Origin: a virus
Lineage: Duplodnaviria > Caudoviricetes
DNA length: 64,000 nucleotides
Reading direction: 5' to 3' (one strand)
Virus record (IMG/VR): IMGVR_UViG_3300029286_000036
Span: 1,905 to 65,904 of that record
The notes beneath the pieces were generated by a model. The model was not told where the DNA came from. It searched no databases and saw only the letters and a list, made by a program, of their open reading frames with translations. The translations under genes were made by a program, and so were the position numbers. Below, in pieces: positions 1-8,717 of the stretch. How positions within the stretch are numbered: the first letter of the stretch is position 1; each line of letters opens with the position of its first letter.

Positions 1-467
1 CCTCTGGTCTTATCTGCAATTGTACATCCATGTAAATGTTCCATTCCTTTTACTTTCCAATCTGTTCTTTTAGCTGATAATCCATAATATTTAAAGTTAC
101 ATGCTTGATATACATATCCCTTATGATTCTGTTCTGTATCTGCAAATGAGACCACAATTGAATTGGGAGGTAATAGCTTGGGACTCTTAGATACCAAGAA
201 GGATGCCTCATTTGGGAGATTATTGAGTAAACAAAGACGATTCAACTCAAGAACTCTGGAAATATTCTCTTTACCTGCTACTCCCATTCTTAAAGTAGAT
301 GATGGAGGGGTGCCGTAAGTTGCAATCCCAACTAATAGTTCATTAAGGAATAATCCATAAGCATAAGATATAGATGGGCTTCGATGTGCATAATGAATAT
401 TTAATATAAATGGAAGAGATTCTGCTCTGGATATTAACTTAACAATATAATCATGCTTGTTCATCAT
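1..467 (-). CDS. Mom-like DNA adenine-modification (GNAT-fold) protein, 3' end truncated by window edge
   Basis: Not in ORF track; manual translation MMNKHDYIVKLISRAESLPFILNIHYAHRSPS...YGLF...GIATYG.P...VLELNRLCLLNNLPNEASFLVS...IVVSFADTEQNHKGYVYQACNF matches Mom-family HY, ELNRL, S(F/Y)AD, H.G.(I/V)YQA.N motifs. Confidence 0.75.
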   Translation of the reverse strand, partial: MMNKHDYIVKLISRAESLPFILNIHYAHRSPSISYAYGLFLNELLVGIATYGTPPSSTLRMGVAGKENISRVLELNRLCLLNNLPNEASFLVSKSPKLLPPNSIVVSFADTEQNHKGYVYQACNFKYYGLSAKRTDWKVKGMEHLHGCTIADKTR

Positions 468-471
468 TAAT

Positions 472-500
472 ATAATATCATATTAAGTTAATAAAGTCAA
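472..500 (-). promoter_or_regulatory. sigma70-type promoter TTGACT-17-TATTAT with extended -10 TG
   Basis: Direct reading of reverse strand; immediately upstream of Mom-like ATG. Confidence 0.75.
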
Positions 501-519
501 GGAAATAGTTAATAAATAG

Positions 520-2397
520 TTATTTGATGCTTTTAAGTAATTGATTTAGTTCAATTATTCTAAGAGCTTTATTTATTAAATCTGAGCTTTTAACTGTATC
601 AATGAAGTTATCTATTAAAGGAGCTAATCCCTTAAGAATATCTCCATTTGGCCATAAACCATCGGTTTCAGTACATCCAGCTAAATATGTATTCTCACGA
701 TTATTCTCTTTTAGTTTATTTTGGATATGACTTTCAAATGCTCTTGCAAACATCTCACATCTATCAGTCCAATAACTACCTTCTAGTCCCATTTCTTGTA
801 ATTTCTTAACTGTTACACTAACCTTATCGTAATAAGCTTGCCATTCTGGGGATGAGGTTAATTTTCTAATAGATTTCTCAACTGGATTCTGATTTTCCTC
901 TAAATGAGTAGCAGATTCAGTAATATATCCCTGTTTTCCAGTATTAGCTACATTTACTAAATTATCTAATGCATGTCCCCATTCATGGGCAAGTGAGCCT
1001 ATTCCATTCTTACGAGTTAAATTGATTACCATTAATTGAGGTTCATAATGAGCTAATGCCTCTCCCTTGCCTCTTGCTCCTATTGCAACAGCTAATTTAC
1101 CATTAAATGATACATATTTCTCAGGGATTCCAGTAATATCCGATAAGTCTTTAAATGCTGTTGTTAAAGACTTTAAATGATATTCACGTTCATCATCTGT
1201 AACTGAGTTACCATATTGTAAGCCTCTAAGTTGCATTGTCTTTAACAATTCATTCTCAGCTCCAGCAACTGTCTTAAGTTCATTATACTCTGGACCAACT
1301 CGTTTTGCTTTTTTATTGTAAAAATCAGATGCTTTTATCTTCTTTTCAGTTACTCCTTTAATCTTATCTAAGGATTCGCCTTCAAGAATTCTAGTTGCAA
1401 ATTCAACCTTTTGAGAACCAACTAATTCATCTGCATTCATTTTAGTTACAACAGATGCAAAATCCTTATATATCCCACTAATTGCAGATAATTTATTATT
1501 ATAATAACTTGCTAATAGATGTGCAGTTCCTGAGTATTTATCTGTAGCTTGAATTCCTTGAACCATTTGTTTAACTTTATCCATCAATTTTTGTCTTAAA
1601 TCTGTGAATTTTGTGGAAGTCTGTGATAATTCACCTAAGAAAGTATTTAATGTTTCAATTGCTTCAACGTATTCTTTTCTGTTGATTTTATCTAATTCAT
1701 CTTTCTTTATGCCAACATACCCCTCACCCATGTCATATACTGATGTGTTTCGGCTGTAAATATCTATTCTACCCATCGTTCCCTTAGGGGTTCTGTATGC
1801 TACAAATCCATCTGGACTTACCCTAGTAGGCATTTCATAAGGTTTTGCAGGTATATTCTTAATTGCATAATAAGCCATTAATCGAACTTCGAGATTATCA
1901 TTTGTTAATCCAGTTATTAAATCAACAGGATTTTGTTTTAAAATGACATCTCTTTTTACGGATTCAATTTGTCCAGTAGATTCAGCGTGCTCTAATCCTT
2001 TCCATTCATTTCTTTTGTGACGTGCGGATTCAGCCACATCTTCACCCTTATTCTGGAACTTAGATTTGCGAGCATAAGCATATTCGCCTTCTTCTAAGTC
2101 ATGTTTAAGTTCTTTAGATACTTCAGCACGGACTTCAGATTCTGCTTCTGATGTTCTTTTATCTATATCAGCCATCATCTTAGCTTCTTGGTCTTCTTCA
2201 TGTGCTGCTGCTTGTTGTGGAGTAGGTTCTGCTCCTTCTATCTCTTTACCATGTTCATCTTGATAAAAATATTTATAATTACCGCTTGAACCTTCTCTTC
2301 TGATGTATTTATGATACATTGATTTTCTTAGTTCTTCACATAAATCTTTCATTTGAAGGGATTTACTGAAAGTCTGGAATAAATTACTTTTGCTCAT
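520..2397 (-). CDS. Large polyvalent-type protein with LPD1-like zincin (HEXXH) domain; probable capsid-packaged protein
   Basis: RGLQYGN, LAVAIGARGKG, AHYEP, INLTR, GSLAHEWGHALDN, EMFARAFE motifs typical of LPD1; N- and C-terminal LxKS/A motifs; start likely M5 of track ORF. Confidence 0.7.
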   Translation of the reverse strand: MSKSNLFQTFSKSLQMKDLCEELRKSMYHKYIRREGSSGNYKYFYQDEHGKEIEGAEPTPQQAAAHEEDQEAKMMADIDKRTSEAESEVRAEVSKELKHDLEEGEYAYARKSKFQNKGEDVAESARHKRNEWKGLEHAESTGQIESVKRDVILKQNPVDLITGLTNDNLEVRLMAYYAIKNIPAKPYEMPTRVSPDGFVAYRTPKGTMGRIDIYSRNTSVYDMGEGYVGIKKDELDKINRKEYVEAIETLNTFLGELSQTSTKFTDLRQKLMDKVKQMVQGIQATDKYSGTAHLLASYYNNKLSAISGIYKDFASVVTKMNADELVGSQKVEFATRILEGESLDKIKGVTEKKIKASDFYNKKAKRVGPEYNELKTVAGAENELLKTMQLRGLQYGNSVTDDEREYHLKSLTTAFKDLSDITGIPEKYVSFNGKLAVAIGARGKGEALAHYEPQLMVINLTRKNGIGSLAHEWGHALDNLVNVANTGKQGYITESATHLEENQNPVEKSIRKLTSSPEWQAYYDKVSVTVKKLQEMGLEGSYWTDRCEMFARAFESHIQNKLKENNRENTYLAGCTETDGLWPNGDILKGLAPLIDNFIDTVKSSDLINKALRIIELNQLLKSIK

Positions 2398-5323
2398 TTT
2401 TAACCCCATATTGTGTGAGTTGATTAAATTGTTCTAATGCTGCATCTATATCACCATATGATGCTTTTAGTCCATCTGTATTCATAAAACTAGGATGTCT
2501 TAAGGCATTGTGCATCTTATTCTTTAATCCGGCCAGTCCTAATAATGATTCTTCTAGTTCATTTAAGTCTAGTGAATCATTTGCTGCTTTTAGTTTTTTT
2601 ATTATTGTGTCAGTTGATTCAAAATCATCACTTTGGATTAAATCTATTCCTTCTAAACTTTCAGCTAATTTTATTAACTTATCAGTTGTTTTTTGTAATG
2701 TCTTATGGTCTGAGTTTGTTAATTCCTTGCCCATTGCTTTTTTATGAAATATCTCATGAACCTTAGTGAAATTATCTACTACATCTTGACCTATTGGTGC
2801 GAGATTTCCTTCTTTTGCATAATCTTTAGCAAATTTCACATCACCATTGGCAGCCACGTAATCGCTCATCTTAACTTTAATGGCTCCTTTCTCTGCTCCA
2901 TCAACTCTTATGATTCCATCAGTTCCACCATTGTCAAGGTATTTCTTATATGCTTTTACGTAAATATCCTTTTCTCCCTTCTGGTCTGCTGAGTATATGT
3001 AGTTCGTTCCTCTTGAGTATATCGAAACATAATCCTTTGGTTGTTTCTTATAATAACTCATTAAGGCATCATAACCTTGTTGATGTTCATCTCCTCTTGC
3101 CATTGGAATTATCCCATCTTTATCGTTAAGTGGAATCATTACATATCCTACATCATCCATTTGTCCTTTCTTTTGGTCTTTGGATATTGAATTGCCAACT
3201 AATATCTTAGCTTTCCAATTCTTAGCGTTACTTAAATCTCCTTCCATTTGGAAATTCTCAGGTTTTGCTTTCGAGTCTAATTTAAGGGATGTTTTAATTT
3301 CTTCTTTAGATGCAGAGAGTTTATTTGTTAAGTCTTTGATTTTACTTGTCTTATCTTTTTTAGTTTCTTTTAACTTATCATTTAACTCTTTAATCTTCTT
3401 AGGTTTTTCTGCCCCCGCATCTTTCATTTCATCAAAATTAAAATTCAATGCAAATTTCTTCTTCTCGCCATTTGCTAATTCCATTTCACTATACATATCA
3501 GTTGCATCTGCTTTTTCTTCCCAACCCTGACCTGTTTGCATCTTCCCTTCATTCTCACCTGTTGTATATATCATTTCGTTGTTGCCTTTGTCACCATATA
3601 TAATAGAATCTTGATTAAACTGTTTTCCTAATTCTACTAGTTTTTTTCTATCTGCTCCCATTACTAAGAATGAGTCCTCTTCTTCACCGTATTTCCCTTT
3701 CATGTCCACATATTCTATTCCAGCATCATCAAGGGCTGTTCTTAATTTGTCATATCTTTCTTCTATTGCCTTGTCATCCATTTTGGAGTCTTGAGGGCTA
3801 TTTGGATTCTTTCCAGCCGATATCATTCCGAATTGTTCTGTGTTTAACGTACTTTCAAGTTTCTCTTGGCTTATCTTTGTTGTTGTATGATACTTAGAAG
3901 TTCTTTCACCTTTTACATCTTTTCCCTTGACATCGTTGATAAAGTTCTGTAGTGCTTCTCTTGGAGTCTCGCCATTTGCACCATATTTATCTTGGAAGTT
4001 TTGAGCAACTTGAGGAGATACATTAATCTCTTGTATTTTCTTGTAAGCTTCATCTATATTAAACTTAGCATCTCTAATGATATCTTCAAAATGCTCAGTC
4101 TTTGAATAGTCTACTTCTTCTTTCTTACCTTTAGGTTTTTTAACTTCTTCAAACTTAGGTTGGTCTTTTTTAGGTGCTTCTTCAGATATAGGGGATTTTG
4201 CTTCTTTAACTGAAAGCCATTGACCTGATTGTTCCTTACGATAATCCACTCCACCCCATTTACGCACGGTTCCTGCTGGGAGTGGTTTGCCTTTGGATAA
4301 TATTTCATTGAGTTCGGAGATTTCGAGGGATTTACTAACTGGTTCATCTTTCTCTACTTCTTGCTTATCAAATAATGCAACAACGCCAGCCATCTTGCCA
4401 CCCATTGCACTGTTCTTATATCCTGCATACCCTGCTGATTTTATCTGATTTTCCATATCGGTAGCATCTTGGAAAGGCACCTTAAACTTAGCTTTCATTT
4501 TCTCAATATCTGCCACATCTATTATATTCTCAGGGCGTTTAACTTTGTACATCTTTTTAGCTGCTGAGGTTACTAATACTTCATGGTCTTTTTTGTCTGG
4601 ACTTTCATAATAATAAGAGCGAGGTGGTCTGTTTGGTCTGTCTGTCTCTTGTCCTGCTGCTGCCGTTCCTTGTTTATGCGGGTCAATTACATCAAGATTC
4701 TCTTTAGTTGAATAATGGTATAAATAGGTATAGTTTCCTGAGGTTCCTTCCCTTTTTATGTACTTATGGGTCATAGCTTTGTTTAAAGCTGAGGTTAATA
4801 CAGTATACTCACTATTTTTCTCATTCTCACGTTTAGTCATTTCATGATTTGATTTAATTTCATCTAAAACAGACTGTTTGTCCTTTTCTATCTGTTCTGG
4901 TGATGTAATGGGTTCTTTATATTTAATATTGTTTAATATACCATCTTTATCTTCTATTGCTTTTTCGATACCAGTGGATAATAGCTTTTTAAGTGCGTCT
5001 ATCTTTTCAAGGGTTGCTCTATCTTCTCCTGCTATTTGAGATAACTCAGCTACTTCTTGTTTAATTTCATGTGCTGGTTTATTTAAGTAAGCGTCCACAT
5101 TTATTGGGTTACGTCTTTCTTCTTCTAGCTTGATTTGTTTGTTTTCTTCATGTAACTTAGTAAAATACTTATTGTACTCTGCTTGTTCTTTTAGGTCTTT
5201 TGGGGTAGATTCGTGGTAAATATACTTAGCTTGGTCGCCTGTGCCTAGCTTGGCTAAATACTTATGATTAAAGCTTTTTAGCAATTCATTTAATTCTTGT
5301 ATATCTTTTTTAGAGTCTGACAT
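2384..5323 (-). CDS. Multidomain polyvalent protein (ART-like domain, DUF3293/SAM-lyase-like domain), probable internal head protein
   Basis: YHYS...RSYYY...AGYAGY ART-like segment; FGMISA..NP...G.YG.EEDSFLV...LVELGKQFNQDSIIY DUF3293/SAMase-like segment; repeated LxKS/A and HKY motifs. Confidence 0.55.
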   Translation of the reverse strand: MSDSKKDIQELNELLKSFNHKYLAKLGTGDQAKYIYHESTPKDLKEQAEYNKYFTKLHEENKQIKLEEERRNPINVDAYLNKPAHEIKQEVAELSQIAGEDRATLEKIDALKKLLSTGIEKAIEDKDGILNNIKYKEPITSPEQIEKDKQSVLDEIKSNHEMTKRENEKNSEYTVLTSALNKAMTHKYIKREGTSGNYTYLYHYSTKENLDVIDPHKQGTAAAGQETDRPNRPPRSYYYESPDKKDHEVLVTSAAKKMYKVKRPENIIDVADIEKMKAKFKVPFQDATDMENQIKSAGYAGYKNSAMGGKMAGVVALFDKQEVEKDEPVSKSLEISELNEILSKGKPLPAGTVRKWGGVDYRKEQSGQWLSVKEAKSPISEEAPKKDQPKFEEVKKPKGKKEEVDYSKTEHFEDIIRDAKFNIDEAYKKIQEINVSPQVAQNFQDKYGANGETPREALQNFINDVKGKDVKGERTSKYHTTTKISQEKLESTLNTEQFGMISAGKNPNSPQDSKMDDKAIEERYDKLRTALDDAGIEYVDMKGKYGEEEDSFLVMGADRKKLVELGKQFNQDSIIYGDKGNNEMIYTTGENEGKMQTGQGWEEKADATDMYSEMELANGEKKKFALNFNFDEMKDAGAEKPKKIKELNDKLKETKKDKTSKIKDLTNKLSASKEEIKTSLKLDSKAKPENFQMEGDLSNAKNWKAKILVGNSISKDQKKGQMDDVGYVMIPLNDKDGIIPMARGDEHQQGYDALMSYYKKQPKDYVSIYSRGTNYIYSADQKGEKDIYVKAYKKYLDNGGTDGIIRVDGAEKGAIKVKMSDYVAANGDVKFAKDYAKEGNLAPIGQDVVDNFTKVHEIFHKKAMGKELTNSDHKTLQKTTDKLIKLAESLEGIDLIQSDDFESTDTIIKKLKAANDSLDLNELEESLLGLAGLKNKMHNALRHPSFMNTDGLKASYGDIDAALEQFNQLTQYGVKNEQK

Positions 5324-5326
5324 TAT

Positions 5327-6202
5327 CTACTCCTTGTTGTTTAGCTTTTCGTATTCGGATAGATACATTAAATTGGCTCTTTTCGTAGCTCTTCCGTTTA
5401 ATTGGTCAGTAAGAGTCTGTCTCTTCATTCCTACGGATTCGGCTGCCATTGTAACTGTTGGATATATCTTTTTTGTTTTAGTATCTATTACTGAGGTCTT
5501 GTGAAAAGATGTTTCTCCTTTTAGTTTTTTATCTAAATTTATCTTGCTCAATAGAGCTTTAGTTTCATCTGAAACAAATCTACCCTTTTGAGCTCTACTC
5601 ATGTTCAATTTAGCTTGTTTCGTATGCTTTTTTCCTGTTTGTGTTTTTATAAGTTTTTGTTTCGATTCTTCCTTCCATATATAACCCATGTGAGACTTAC
5701 TCATTTGTTTTAAAAGTTCTTCTGAATAAACTCCAGTTTTACCTTTACTCCAAGATGTTTTTCCCTTATTTGCATTGGAAATTTTATCTTTGGTTTCTTG
5801 TGTATGTTTTTTACCATAAAAGGGATTATTCTTTCCCCCAGTTGCATTTCTTAATTTTTGAGTAGTCTCTTCTGAAAATACACCAGTTTTTCCTTTATTC
5901 CAAGGAGCTAAACCACTTATTCCTTCTCCTCCTAAAGTTAAGTTAGCCTTACATAAATTTTGAGATTTATAAAATGAAATATGCTCCTTTTCCTTCTCAA
6001 ATGATTTTATTTCTGTAAGATTATCTATTATAATTTCTACTCTATAACCACATTTACTTACTATATTACGCCAATAGCTGTTTCTTCCAGACTCGCTCCA
6101 TGCTCTATAGCCGTAGCCTTTACCAACATAAAAAACTTCCCCATTATCTAATCTAATGTGTTTGTAAATATAAAATCTTTTTGGTAATTCTCTTTTCAAC
6201 AC
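5327..6202 (-). CDS. GIY-YIG homing endonuclease with NUMOD3 repeats
   Basis: FYIY..IRLD..FYVGKG...RA, NLT.GGEG, PWNKGK and FYGKKHT.ETK.KIS repeats, C-terminal HTH. Confidence 0.85.
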   Translation of the reverse strand: MLKRELPKRFYIYKHIRLDNGEVFYVGKGYGYRAWSESGRNSYWRNIVSKCGYRVEIIIDNLTEIKSFEKEKEHISFYKSQNLCKANLTLGGEGISGLAPWNKGKTGVFSEETTQKLRNATGGKNNPFYGKKHTQETKDKISNANKGKTSWSKGKTGVYSEELLKQMSKSHMGYIWKEESKQKLIKTQTGKKHTKQAKLNMSRAQKGRFVSDETKALLSKINLDKKLKGETSFHKTSVIDTKTKKIYPTVTMAAESVGMKRQTLTDQLNGRATKRANLMYLSEYEKLNNKE

Positions 6203-6207
6203 AGCCT

Positions 6208-7098
6208 CTACAAAATAGACATTGTTTCGCCACGATAATAATCACGAAGTATTTTAATTAAACTTGAGTCACGTTCAGCTTCTGTGGTTCCAAACACAAG
6301 CTTTTGAAATTGTTTTATCTGTGCACTATATGCTGTATTTTCCGAACTTTGTGTTGTCTGTATTGACTCGCTGAGACCGTCAATCGAAACCGATGACCCG
6401 CTAATTCCGGCACCCAAAATAAGTATACCACCGACGGTGAGAACCAGTATTGATGCAATCATCGCAATACATTGGTTAAGCAAAACTGGTACTTTTCCCT
6501 CGCTGAAGCCTATGCTGTACTCAATTTTCCATAAGTGAGGTATCATTGTACTTCTTAATATTTCAGGAAAGAACGCCCCTGTATTTCCAATCTGTAAATT
6601 ACCAGGGAATGAGCTATTTGGTATCAGCCTCAATACTCCATCGTGGCTTTGTATCCTCAGCCACTGAGCTGGGATATTTAATACTGGATTATCTTGACTA
6701 TTAACGTCTTTCATATACACAAATTGAAGATTATTTATCTTAATTACAGGTACATTATTTGTCATCATATATGACCAATCCCAGTATTCATTCTGTCTAA
6801 AATCCTTATGCTCTACGATATCCTGAGGTAATATTGATATGTCTAAATCGTGCTCTAGCATAGATACTGCTGTATTTATAAATTGTTGATAAGTATCATC
6901 ACTTAAGTCTTCCCCCGTCTCTTTATCAAGCACATGGACACCGAAAAGATAAGATTTCTTTAAAATGTCAGGGGTTATTAAAGGTTCTACCCTATTAATT
7001 TGCCTATTTGAATTCTTAATTCCTTCCACTTCTGCATAAACTGGATATCCAGTTGGATAGTCTTTTAATACACCATTATCTGATATATATTGTGCCAT
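6208..7098 (-). CDS. Head-tail adaptor/neck protein
   Basis: YLFGV, E..LDI.I.P, GAGISGSSVSIDGLSESIQTTQS resemble the conserved neck protein downstream of the capsid in Herelleviridae-like phages. Confidence 0.65.
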   Translation of the reverse strand: MAQYISDNGVLKDYPTGYPVYAEVEGIKNSNRQINRVEPLITPDILKKSYLFGVHVLDKETGEDLSDDTYQQFINTAVSMLEHDLDISILPQDIVEHKDFRQNEYWDWSYMMTNNVPVIKINNLQFVYMKDVNSQDNPVLNIPAQWLRIQSHDGVLRLIPNSSFPGNLQIGNTGAFFPEILRSTMIPHLWKIEYSIGFSEGKVPVLLNQCIAMIASILVLTVGGILILGAGISGSSVSIDGLSESIQTTQSSENTAYSAQIKQFQKLVFGTTEAERDSSLIKILRDYYRGETMSIL

Positions 7099-7113
7099 TT
7101 TGTTCTCCTTTAA

Positions 7114-7488
7114 TTATTCGTCAAGAACTCTAGTTAATGCGTTTATTGCGACCCCTTTCTTAATTATTGTGCCATTTCCTAAAGTGTCTACAGAAATTTT
7201 AATATTTCCACCAATTAACGTAGCTGAGTTAGCAGCAGTTATACTTACTGTTTGCATAGACCTATCATCTGTATCGGGAACTCCTATCTTAGTAAGAGTG
7301 CTTCCATCGGATAAATTGAATATAAAGCTAACAATCGCAGTTGATGGTGGGATATATCTTAAATTCAAATCATCATCAAAAAGCATCATCTTTAGTGTTA
7401 TTGCAGTACCAGTTACGAAATTTATAGCACTAAGGAAGTTGTGCTGATTCAGCGTAGCTTCTTCGTTTAACATTTTTGCACTAATCAT
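7114..7488 (-). CDS. Putative virion structural protein (beta-rich)
   Basis: Location in structural module, strong RBS, preceded by late-type promoter. Confidence 0.4.
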   Translation of the reverse strand: MISAKMLNEEATLNQHNFLSAINFVTGTAITLKMMLFDDDLNLRYIPPSTAIVSFIFNLSDGSTLTKIGVPDTDDRSMQTVSITAANSATLIGGNIKISVDTLGNGTIIKKGVAINALTRVLDE

Positions 7489-7516
7489 TATATGTCTCCT
7501 CTAATTATAGCTACCC

Positions 7517-7527
7517 TAATTATATCA
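7517..7527 (-). promoter_or_regulatory. Putative late promoter (TGATATAATTA, no -35)
   Basis: Motif shared with 10588, 19616, 20582, 29988. Confidence 0.55.
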
Positions 7528-8112
7528 TAAATTCAAGGTCAAATCTATCAAATCATGTATTTGCGTAACTGAGACAGGGGCATACTTCCAAGCATAGCAA
7601 CCGACATGAATCTGCTTCTTCTTTAGATTTATCTTCTCAAACCCACTATGAACATGACCATGTAGTAAAAAATCCTCATTCCCCTTAACAGGTGAGTACT
7701 TGTTAATCTTGGTATATTTCTTTCCGGTTGTAATCCGAATCCACCACATCTTTAACTTTGAATACTTGTAAGGGTAATGTGCTAGCTTGAAGGTCTTTTG
7801 CCCGCACTTTATGACCGCTTCCTGCAATACTAAATCGAATCCCATTTTATAGTAATTATTAACAGTATGATTGTCATGGTTGCCTAAAATGAGTATTTTC
7901 TTGCCTTTTAGCTGTTTTAATATTTCAATCCCTTCATGAATCTGAATGTATCCAAAATCTCCTAATATGTAAACTATGTCATCTTTTTTTATTATGGAAT
8001 TCCAATTATCAATTAGAGCCTTATTCATCTCCTCTACATTGGAAAAGGGACGATTGTCGTATTTTAATATGTTCGTGTGAAAAAAGTGCAAATCACTTGT
8101 AAAATAAATCAT
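7525..8112 (-). CDS. Calcineurin-like metallophosphoesterase
   Basis: SDLH, LGD, GNHD, HYP, HGHVH motifs. Confidence 0.85.
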   Translation of the reverse strand: MIYFTSDLHFFHTNILKYDNRPFSNVEEMNKALIDNWNSIIKKDDIVYILGDFGYIQIHEGIEILKQLKGKKILILGNHDNHTVNNYYKMGFDLVLQEAVIKCGQKTFKLAHYPYKYSKLKMWWIRITTGKKYTKINKYSPVKGNEDFLLHGHVHSGFEKINLKKKQIHVGCYAWKYAPVSVTQIHDLIDLTLNL

Positions 8113-8121
8113 ACTACCAAT

Positions 8122-8150
8122 AGTATATCACGCCTCAATAATTAAGTCAA
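8122..8150 (-). promoter_or_regulatory. sigma70-type promoter TTGACT-17-TATACT
   Basis: Direct reading; extended -10 TG. Confidence 0.75.
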
Positions 8151-8216
8151 GTATTATTTTGTTGTGCTAATATTGTAACAACTTTTGATAACAATCGTTA
8201 TCTCTTTTGATTACAT

Positions 8217-8250
8217 AAAAAAACCCCGTAGGGCTTTAATCTACGGGGAT
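8217..8250 (-). terminator. Intrinsic terminator
   Basis: CCCCGTAG/CTACGGGG stem followed by T-run on minus strand; a cUUCGg hairpin lies just upstream (about 8263-8274). Confidence 0.75.
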
Positions 8251-8285
8251 TGGGATATAATAACTGCCGAAGCAGGGATTAGCCC

Positions 8286-8660
8286 TTATATTATTTTTAA
8301 TAGTCTTAAAACTATTCCCATTACAGTTCCAATTACTCCAATTACTGATGTTATTCTAAAAGCTGAATTACATATTTCTTTTACTTTAGCTTTTCTAATT
8401 GCGGAAGCGATTCTGTGATTTTCTAATGCATCTACTTTCTGTGATAAAATTTCTCTTGCTTCTATTTCAATTTCCAGTCTTTGAGTGTTTGCTATTGTAG
8501 CTGCTATGTGAAACTCTAAATCCTCAGTATTCTTAGCCACATCATCTCTCACATTAAACAAACTATTCTTTACAACTGCAACATCTTCACTGACCTCAGA
8601 CACTTTATTGCTGAGATTTCTAATTTCTCCCAAAAGAATCGTAAATTCCGTGTTTTCCAT
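8286..8660 (-). CDS. Coiled-coil protein with C-terminal TM helix (holin-like candidate)
   Basis: Heptad pattern then ITSVIGVIGTVMGIVLRLL. Confidence 0.4.
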   Translation of the reverse strand: MENTEFTILLGEIRNLSNKVSEVSEDVAVVKNSLFNVRDDVAKNTEDLEFHIAATIANTQRLEIEIEAREILSQKVDALENHRIASAIRKAKVKEICNSAFRITSVIGVIGTVMGIVLRLLKII

Positions 8661-8675
8661 GTTACTTCCTTATAT

Positions 8676-8710
8676 AAAAACGGGGCTGGAGAGTTTAACT
8701 CCAACCCCTG
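8676..8710 (-). terminator. Intrinsic terminator
   Basis: GGGGTTGGAG/CTCCAGCCCC stem plus TTTTT. Confidence 0.65.
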
Positions 8711-8717
8711 CTTTCAT

